This document shows, piece by piece, positions 54,409 through 64,000 of a stretch of DNA of 64,000 bases. Positions within the stretch are counted from its first letter, which is position 1, and each line of letters starts with the position of its first letter. This stretch comes from Chrysomallon squamiferum (lineage: Eukaryota > Animalia > Mollusca), in assembly GCA_012295275.1 (NCBI GenBank), contig CM022666.1, positions 4,650,001-4,714,000 on the forward strand. The letters run 5' to 3'. A program made the translations under genes and the position numbers. Below the pieces are notes generated by a model. The model saw only the letters and a list, made by a program, of their open reading frames with translations, was not told the origin of the DNA and ran no database searches.

Positions 54409-54539
54409 TCATGAATCTTTCATTGTCTGATCCTCGCTGGTTTCAAAAATTATTCTTAGTCTGACAAAACCAGATCTGTTAAAAGATGAAAAAGAGAGAA
54501 AGTGAAAAAATGAATTAATTTCATGGGGTAAGTTTAGTA

Positions 54540-54604
<65 letters not shown>

Positions 54605-55177
54605 GAAATTAAAAATATTTATATATCATTTATTAATTAATAATTAATAAGGATAAGGAATTAAATAATAACAACAGTAAATTAAATAAATAAAACTATA
54701 CACAACAAATGTTGATTAGTTCATTTAAAAATCAATAGTTTAACTAATAATAATAACAATAAAGTAACTATTTAATGATCAGAAACCAAATAAATAATTA
54801 AATAAATAAATAAAATAATTAAATCAACAACAATAATAATAGTAAAATAAATAATAATAATAATAATAATAATCAACATCAATTTACTTAAAACTGAGCA
54901 GAATAATATTTATATATTTATCATTGCAGATATCTGTTATATTGTGAAAAGAGATATTATTTACAACTGAAATTAAAAGAAAAGAATATTCGAGGCACCA
55001 TCTTAGACAGAAATAATTTACCTTCTTATGTAGATCCATAAAACCGAACCAAACAGTTCCTTGAGCACCACAATGGACAAAAATACAACAACAATTTGAG
55101 CTGTATCCATGACGATGCGCCTGGCTGCAGTGAGTAAAGCGTCAAGTTGGTTTTCTACAATGTCTGGTCTCTCCGTC
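54409..55177 (-). CDS. Gene X copy 2 (TM exon 55177-55022, terminal exon 54475-54409)
   Basis: Open frame ...LSIVVLKELFGSVLWIYIRRSGFVRLRIIFETSEDQTMKDS*; same exon lengths and phases as copy 1. Confidence 0.6.
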
Positions 55178-55317
55178 CTGTGAAAGTAAATTGTAAAAAC
55201 AGATAATTAAAATGTAAACAAATATAAGAAAACATATTACTTGTATTAATCTCTTTAAGAATGTGAAGCACACTCAGATATGGACAATTACAGTCTGAGT
55301 TCTCACGTAAACGCAAT

Positions 55318-55480
55318 TAGGACTGGTGCTACCATACAGGCAAACTTGGCCGACGCCTAAGGCGCTTATTTCAGGAAGCGCAATAGAAAAGTTTTGAAAA
55401 ATAACTAAATAAATTTCAGTTTTAATGAGGGTCGTTTTTTTTTTATCCTGGTTTATGTCCCACAGGACAAATAATCGGGT
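55318..55480 (+). mobile_element. Possible hAT-type DNA transposon terminal fragment
   Basis: ggactggtgctaccatacaggcaaacttggccgacgcctaaggcgc resembles remembered hAT MITE ends; no partner end or TSD found. Confidence 0.35.
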
Positions 55481-55756
55481 AGATTCAGTGTGAAACAAAC
55501 AAAATAACAGAGTTTAAAATATTTTTCAGCACAATTAATTTTAACTTTTCATAATTCAAATATTATTAAACGTATATGGATTTGTTGCATTTTTTTCCTT
55601 TAATTTAATTCATAATGAACTTAACTTTTTAATATTTTTATATAGAATTTACCTCTTTGTTAATTTTATATCGACATAAAACTTATTTCATTTAGTGTAT
55701 TTATGTTGTTGTTTGTTTTTTTTTGTTTTTTTTTTTAGAAGTTTTTTAGAATTTAC

Positions 55757-55941
55757 CTTTTCCATAATTTCACTGATCACTTATTCTCATGCACTGTAAC
55801 AGCAATACACAATTCCTGCTCAAACAACAAGTTGGTTTCTCTATTCAGAAATTCGTTTAATGTTACAGATACAATGAAACTGATGAGTGTCAAGTTTAGC
55901 ATCATAGGAGAAATGGCAATGACTGGACGAATTGGTATCAT
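55757..55941 (-). pseudogene. TNF-A4: exon 1 that is 76 nt shorter, with most of the Cys-rich stalk deleted
   Basis: MIPIRPVIAISPMMLNLTLISFIVSVTLNEFLNRETNLLFEQELC then frameshift and TGA; 185 nt versus 261 nt; donor retained. Confidence 0.9.
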
Positions 55942-57605
55942 TTTGTGTAACAACTTTTAATTCCTTTAGAAGATGTCTGTAAAATGTGACCAAAAGAAAA
56001 ATTTATTTTAATAAATAATACTCAGATAAATACACACACGCACACGCACATATATACAATATACACACTTATATATAACATTCTGTCAGCAAAAAAAAAA
56101 AATATATACACATGTACATACACATAAATATAAAACTTTTAAAATATAGTTAAATAAATAAAATAATAAATATTAGCAAGAAAAATTCACACACAATATA
56201 CACATGTACACACATTTCTACATAACATTCTTCAAAGAAAAAAAATTAAAATAAATAATATCAAGATATATTTACATCGATAATTTTCCTATGTGATGTT
56301 CCAAAAAAAAAGAAGAAAACGGAAAAGAAAAACAATGCAGATAAAAATAGCAAAAGTTTCTATTACGAAAATCTTGACTGCAGGTTACAAAATGCCAGGT
56401 TTGATTTATCAAATTTCACGGATGCTTAGTAAACCACTGTATACAAATACTCACCACTGAAATCCAGTACGACAGCACAGCGATGTCTAATGCAACAGAC
56501 AATCCTCCTGATGTAAACTTGGATATGTGATACCACAAAGTTTGTCTCCAGTAGCTGAAGAGTGTAAAGAGGAGAGTTTTTCATCAGAAAGTATTTATAT
56601 CACTGGAAAGAGGTGGAAATTTAAAAAAAAAATAAATAAATAAAAATAAAGAAGTTTTTTTTTCTTTTTTTCTTAACTCAAATGTATAGGGAAAAGTGTG
56701 ACGGTAGACTTGTAATCAAAGATATAACTTTCTAATAACGAAAACAATGTAATAAAATGAAAGTGACCGAAAAACAGCTTGAGATAACATAATGTGTCAA
56801 AGCGCGCAATAAACATTCAGTGTCCTGAAATGGAATAAGTATCCAACCAAGTGGCAGTATTTTGATCACGTCACAGCCCAAGGCGATGATGGCTTTTTAC
56901 AATCGCTACCGCCAAATCATCTTATTTTTTCTAAGAAGGTGGAAAAGAGTTCGCGCTCGATCGATTTGGATGATTTTAAATCACTAAAATGTGGTTTTAT
57001 TTGGAAATTTTTAAAAAAAAAACGAACAAAGCTGCGGGTGCAGAACGGAAAGTACGATACCCTCGGACGTCAAACTACACAAGCAAGAAGGAAATTATAA
57101 TTTTATATAAATATATATATATCCTGCGAAATAAGTGAAATTATAATTTTATATAAAAATATATAACCTATGACATAAGTACAATTGTATATAAATATAT
57201 ATAGCCTTTGAAACAAGTGAAATTATAATTTTGTATATCCTGCGAAATAAGTGAAATTATAATTTTATATAAATATATATATCCTGCGAAATAAGTACAA
57301 TTGTAATTTTATATTAAAATATATAACCTATGAAACAAGTGAAATTATAATTTTATATATCCCAAGTGAAATAAGTGAAATTAAAATTTTATATAAATAT
57401 ATATATATTTGCGAAAAGTACAATTGTAATTTTATATAAAAATATATAACCTATGAAATAAGTATAATTGTAATTGTATATAAATATATATAGCCCTTTG
57501 AAACAATGAAATTGAAATTTTATGTACATATATATAAACTATGAAACAAGCGAAATTATAATTTTATATAAATATATATATATAACCTATGAAATAAGTG
57601 AAATA

Positions 57606-58284
57606 CAGTGGTACCGTGACTTACGAGTTCAGTGAAATTAATTGAAATACCATTAATCCGTTCCAGGCCCCAAAACCCACCCCAGTTTTTCGTAGCGTGT
57701 TTTTGAAAAAGAAAAAAATAATATATAAATAACAAATATTGTATAGAAATGAAATAAAAGAGAATGTACAGAAATAAATTGGTTTTGTAAAGTGTACATG
57801 GTTAGGGTTTCTCCACCTTTTCATGGACAGAGGTCCGCAGCTTAGAAATTATTTTAACACCTTTGCCTGGAGATGTAGCCTTTATCAACTCCTACTGCTT
57901 CAGTATGGTACGTATAATAAAAGTACTACGCTCAAACTGCCTAGCCATGTTGACAACACGCATACCTCGCTCATGTTTTTCTATGAATTCAAGCTTTAAT
58001 TCAGTGGACATCTTCCGCTTCTTCTTCTCAGCACTTTCCTTTGCACTCACTTTCTTAGGATCCATGGAAATTTGGCAAAATACTGCACAAAACGCGAGCA
58101 GAACACAACAGAGATGTTTCCACGGCGAGGTAACCACGTGAAGCAAAGGAGTGAGACACGGGATGTTGTGTTGTTCGTTGCGCCAAATATCTCGTAACTC
58201 GGATTGTGGCTCGTGAGTCAAAGCAAAAATCTATTAACTCTGAAAACTCGTAAGTTGGAGCACTCGTAACTCGAAGTACCACTG
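57606..58284 (-). mobile_element. Non-autonomous Tigger/pogo DNA transposon with truncated transposase (ATG 58065)
   Basis: TIRs CAGTGGTACCGTGACTTACGAGT / ACTCGTAACTCGAAGTACCACTG with TA on both sides; MDPKKVSAKESAEKKKRKMSTELKLEFIEKHERGMRV is a CENP-B-type HTH. Confidence 0.93.
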
Positions 58285-58731
58285 TATTCACATACTGACC
58301 TGAATTAGGCTCCCTCTGACTTCATACTGGCGTCGTTAATTTTTATACCAGCGTTTTATGAATGCATGCATGTACGCTTTCACAAACACACGTATATGTC
58401 AACGTGAAATATACTGAAAATTTCAGAAAATACTTGTAAATACTGGTTTCACAGACTGACTGTAATATATATAATTATGTTTTTCTGTAATTTCTTATTT
58501 ATTTATTTTACTTTGAAACTCATTTTTATTTACTTATTGTTTTAAGTTTCCTTAGTGACGACAAACCCCAAATGGATTTTTGTTCTCACAAATCTTTCTT
58601 ATTAGATTATGAATGTGTTCAGATTTTGTTTAATAGATATTACCAATGAGCGGATTTTTTTATGTTTGTCAGGCTTTGAATACTCACAGATAGTTTTAGC
58701 ATATTATTCTTTAGAATGAAGACACCAAGAA

Positions 58732-58931
58732 NNNNNNNNNNNNNNNNNNNNNNNNNNNNNNNNNNNNNNNNNNNNNNNNNNNNNNNNNNNNNNNNNNNNN
58801 NNNNNNNNNNNNNNNNNNNNNNNNNNNNNNNNNNNNNNNNNNNNNNNNNNNNNNNNNNNNNNNNNNNNNNNNNNNNNNNNNNNNNNNNNNNNNNNNNNNN
58901 NNNNNNNNNNNNNNNNNNNNNNNNNNNNNNN
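58732..58931. other. Assembly gap (200 N)
   Basis: Run of n. Confidence 1.
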
Positions 58932-59219
58932 TTATATAATAGAGAACACAGTACATACCATGGAATTTATATATCCAGGGAAACGGTATGAAAGATTAAT
59001 AAACTACATATATATCCAGGGATTAAAGGTTAACAGAGTGCAGAACATACCATGTAATTTATATATCCAGGGATACAGTACTAAAGAGTATATAATAGAG
59101 TACAATACATACCATGTAATTTATATATCCAATGATTTAACATTACATTTTAATAAATGGATGACTACAGTTATTTATTCCGATTACGTGTAAGGTAACA
59201 AATCAGGGCTGGAACAAAA

Positions 59220-59282
<63 letters not shown>

Positions 59283-60095
59283 AATTAAAATAAAGCAAAA
59301 TAATATTTTTTTTTTAGAAAATGGTTAAAAAATAAAACAAATACTTTGACGTGTGATCTACGCGATGCAGTGATCTACACTGATCAAATTATACGCGCTT
59401 ATTTTAGTTATTATTTTGTTTATTCTTGGTTTTTTATTACCTCGGTTTAACGATGTAATTGGTTCCAAATTTCTGATCGTTGAGCGGGAGACTAATTTAC
59501 ACAGAACTGATGTTAAAAACAGTGGTTCTCGCTGATCAGATTTGACTAAAACATTTTTTTTTTTTTTTTAGATAAGGAGAAATAAATAATTTTAAAAAGA
59601 AAAGATCGTTAAAGCGAGATCCACCTAGCTAAACATTAAAAAAAAAAAACAAAAGGGTATCGGTGTTCATTTTAATTTTCAACAACAGTAACAACAACAA
59701 CAACAAAACATTTATTTATCTATAATAATAATAATGTATTCAAACTTTGTGAATCCGTTTATTAGTAATTTGGTGAGGTAACATCTATTTATAGCCCATT
59801 TGCCGAATAAAATGAGTATTTATTACACATCTGAAATCTCCAAGGGAGGTAAAAAGAAGCGAACACCATAGCGTTAATATGCTGTTATTAAAAATACTGG
59901 CAACTATTCAAAGAATCCGATTACAGTGTCAAAAATATTTTAAATAATATGTATGGGTATGTGTCTTGGTATGGATCTGTGTGTGTGTGTATGTATGTGT
60001 GTGTGTGTTTGTGTGTGTGTGTGTATGTGTGAAAACAACTAACTAGCAACAACAACAACAATAATAATAAATAAACGAATAAATAAATAAATAAA

Positions 60096-60139
<44 letters not shown>

Positions 60140-60178
60140 TAATAATAATAATTAATAAATAAACGAATAAATAAATAA

Positions 60179-60213
<35 letters not shown>

Positions 60214-61280
60214 AATTATAAATAAATAAAAACAGTAGTATTATAATGGTTTTAAGGGTAATGTGGTGATAATAATAAACATTTTTATTTAATTTAACAA
60301 TTTTATATATTTATAAAATGTAATGCATGTGTATGTGTATATACAGTGTCACAGATTTTCAGGTAGTCAACACCTCAAATGTAGGAAGCAACACAATTTT
60401 CTTGGTGTCTTCGTACTAAAGAATAATAAGCTAAAATTATCTCTGAGTATTCAAAGCCTGACAAACATGAAAACAATTCCTTCACTGTTAATATCTATTA
60501 AACAAAACTATGAACACATGCAAAATCTAATAAGAAAGCATATATATATTCCCCTGGAATTGTTCCATAGTTCTTTCCTAAAAAAAAAAAAAAAAAAAAA
60601 AAAAACATATCTCGCTACTTTTATTAAAAAGGCATAAAAATATCTCGCTACTTTTATTAAAAAGGGACTCACGTTATTTGTCAAAGTGTTCCCGACCTTG
60701 CAGTTTGACGTATGTCGCCAGATCTTTCTGATAAACAAGAGTCCGTTACACCTACCACTCAGCAGATGATGATTATTCCCGAAAAGAAGTCACAGAAAAA
60801 AAGTCACAATTTTCAATTAAGAAATATATTAGCAATGAAAGATAGTTTAAACACATTTTGTCAGAGTATTTTGTTAATGTTCTTTGGTTTTAATGTTGAT
60901 GGTTTAGTCTGATGTTCCACTCGATATCACGAAGAAATTCTGTCGCAGCATACACGAACCCTTCATAACAGATTTTGATGCCATCCTTATTGCTATGAAT
61001 AACTTCTATATAAAACATACTTCTGATACTAGAGCAAGCTGGAGAATATATAGTGAAACACATTTTAACATGGAACATTTTATAAATCATTTACAATAGG
61101 AAGCTCATAGTTTAAATCTATCCTAATCAGTAAGCTGGACCCAAGCATCACCCCTGCACAGTATGAAGACTCTTTCTTTAATCCTGCCTAACTAATAAGT
61201 GTAACAAGTCACCACCCCTGCACAGTATGAAACCTCTTTCTTTAATCTAACCCGTTTATTCCCGATTCGGCCAGTGAGAT

Positions 61281-61315
<35 letters not shown>

Positions 61316-62659
61316 TGTATTTATTTATTCGGCAGACTGAATCAACAGTCATGATACAAGCGACATTTACAAACAGAAGATTCTTCTGTCACAGGGAGAT
61401 ATTTCTGAGACATTTTATATTCCTGGCCCGAAAATAATAAATGGATGACCACACTTATTTATTCCGATTACGTGTAAGATGAAAAGTCCGAGCTGAAACT
61501 TTCCACTGTGTGATACACAGACTACATGTTTTCATTTTGTTGTTCATGGTTTAGTTGACACAGGAATAAAAGTTACGCTGTACTCTTTATTTAAGAATAA
61601 CGACAAAAGCAATCGTAATAATAATAATAACACCAACAACAACTACTACTGTTAGTAATACGCTTGATTGATATCTACATACAGCTTGGGTGGAAAGCCC
61701 AGTTCCCGAATAAAATTATTATTCTCTGAAAACAGGTAGACGAAATACATATAATAACTTTTTCAAAGTATTCATAAAATATCAAATGAAGCTATAGAGA
61801 GATTTATGTCGTAAAATTGATTCACTCCATTCTGAACAAAGAGTCAGCCTAATTTAGGTAAATACATGTTTTATTTATTTCATAGGTTATATATATATAC
61901 AAAAAATTATAATTTCACTTATTTCATAGGTTATATTTATTTATATAAAATTATAAAAATCACTTATTTCATAGGTTATATATATTTATATAAAATCATA
62001 AATTTATACATTGCTGTTTAGGATTTTTCCACACCCAAATTTATTTGTATAAAAGTATTATTTCACTTATTTCATTTTATTATTTATATAAAATGATTAT
62101 TTAACATATTACGTCAACGTGAAAAAATAATTACATCGCGGTAAATTCGATAAGTATCTAGCATTTATGCGCTGGCAGGTAAGAATAATATAAGCCACAG
62201 AAAATACAGCACTCATTTTTATTTAAAATGGTATCTCGAAAATGCTTCAAAATGCATTTTTCCACGTCCAATTTCACTGGCATAATGTTACAGTTCTGTT
62301 GTTATTAAGCAGAAAACTGAGTTATCAGATTCACGTTGCGATCTATTAACAATAACGTTCAAGGCAGTTTGAATTTCTGTCACTGAGAGGAAACCAGCCC
62401 TGGACGTGATCTTTCGAGGACGATACAATATCAGCAAACAGAGCGGATATGTAGAATGAGGACCTGGCAAGCTTTGACATGTTTTGTCTGCCTTTGCACT
62501 AAGCCAACAACGCGAGGTTTTAGGAACGGATAAAGAGAACTTTAACTCAAGTTCTGTTTTCAACCGAGTAAATGTTTCTACATAAGTGTTTAAAAAACCA
62601 GGCGATGTATCTACGAAGGTGATTAAATGTGTTCTTGAAACTTTGACAGTACCTTAGTC

Positions 62660-63430
62660 AAGGTATTTTCCTTCTTGCTTGTCAAATTCGATGTCCGCTG
62701 GTTTACGAGAACATCGAACTTTCCGCTATTAAGCCGTACCCGAGCTCACCGAATTGTTCGTTTTTGAATATTTCACAATAAAAACACATTTTAGTGATTT
62801 AAGTAAATCATCAAAATCTATCGAGTGCGAGCTGTTTTCTAACTTCTTGGAAAAATAAGATGATTTGGCGGTAGAAACAGCAAATAAGCCATCATCACCT
62901 TGGTTAGTCACCTGATCAAAACAGTGCCACTTGATTGGATGTTTATTTCACTTCACGGTATTGAATATTTATTCCGCGCTTTGCTATCTCAAGCTGTTTT
63001 TCACTTACTTTCATTTTGTTACATTGTCTTCATTCTTGGAAAGTTACATCGTTGATTGCTAATGTACCGTCACACTTTTCCCTATACATTTGTTTTAAGA
63101 GAAAAAACAATATATTTATTTTTAATTATTTCTTTAAAATCCTACCTCTTTCCAGTGATATAAATAACTTCGTACGAAAAACACTACTCCTTACACTCCT
63201 CAACAACTGGAAACAAATTTCGTGGCATCAGATACCAAGGTCTTCATTAGGAGGATTATCTGCTCCATTAGACATCGCTGTGCTGTCATATTGGATTTCA
63301 GTGGTGAGTATTTGTACACAGTGGTTTACAAGGCATTCACTGAAAATTGATAAATCAGACCTCGCATTTTCAAAAGAGAAATCTTTGCTATTTTTTTTTT
63401 TTTTTTTGACATCGCATAAGAATATTATCA
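62660..63430 (+). other. Alternative upstream region of TNF-A3 with a putative exon ending at 63303; inverted paralog of ~56330-57080
   Basis: Donor TTCAGTG|gtgagt is conserved in both copies and lies on the same strand as the adjacent TNF exon 1. Confidence 0.5.
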
Positions 63431-63742
63431 ATGTAAATATATCTTGATATTATTTATTTTACTTTTTTCTTTGAAAGAATATTATACAGAACTATATGTA
63501 CGTGTGTATATTGTATGTGAATTTCTTAAGTTTCATATTTTATAACCACTTGGCGATTCTGTACAAGTGTAAATTTTTGGTTTGCTGAAATAATGTGTTA
63601 TATAGGTGTGTGTATATTGTATCTGTGTACGTGTGCGGGTGTGTGTATTTATCTTGGTATTATTTATTACTAATAACTTTTTGTTTTCTTTGGGTTATGT
63701 TTTACAGATTACTTCTAAAGGAAATAAAAGTTGTTACACAAA

Positions 63743-64000
63743 ATGGTACCAGTTCGTCCAGTCCTTGCCATTCCTCTTATGGTACTAAACTTCATACTCA
63801 TCAGTTTCATTGTATCTGTAACATTAAACGAATTTCTGAACAGAGAAACCAGCTTGTTGTTTGACAAGGAACTGTGTGTGAAAATCTCGTGCAAACCAGG
63901 AGAAAACTGTTGTGATGACAAATCTACGACCAGAACCAGGAACAATACCACGTATTGCTGTTACAGAGATGGAGAAAAAGTAATCAGTGAAATTATGAAA
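63743..64000 (+). CDS. TNF superfamily ligand A3, first coding exon (runs off the window end)
   Basis: MVPVRPVLAIPLMVLNFILISFIVSVTLNEFLNRETSLLFDKELCVKISCKPGENCCDDKSTTRTRNNTTYCCYRDGEKVISEIMK, open to base 64000; missed by the ORF track. Confidence 0.9.
   Translation, partial: MVPVRPVLAIPLMVLNFILISFIVSVTLNEFLNRETSLLFDKELCVKISCKPGENCCDDKSTTRTRNNTTYCCYRDGEKVISEIMK

Overview
Very AT-rich, microsatellite-dense animal genomic DNA with GT-AG introns and two 200-N gaps (18348-18547, 58732-58931). The style of the TNF stalk and EGF exon suggests an invertebrate, probably a mollusc/lophotrochozoan; this is inference only. The window is a tandem/segmentally duplicated TNF-superfamily ligand cluster. TNF-A is a clear type II membrane TNF ligand, present as A1 (4076-6086, -), A2 (42680-44626, -), A3 (starts 63743, +, runs off the window), an internally deleted copy (55757-55941) and an orphan 5' end (~19955-20670). 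With the splice sites I read, A1 and A2 each carry a different frameshift in the AHL exon. A 4-8 kb unit is repeated about 6 times with deletions. It holds remnants of TNF-A 5' exons, a much more divergent decayed TNF-like exon (B), a second decayed exon (C), an internally deleted MULE, a Tigger remnant, a conserved motif block and the terminal exon of a small membrane-protein gene. Also present: two short single-pass membrane gene fragments (one with a degenerate EGF-like exon and a Lys in the TM helix), Gypsy gag, LINE and Tigger fragments, and several minisatellites. All gene models were assembled by eye; no database search was run.
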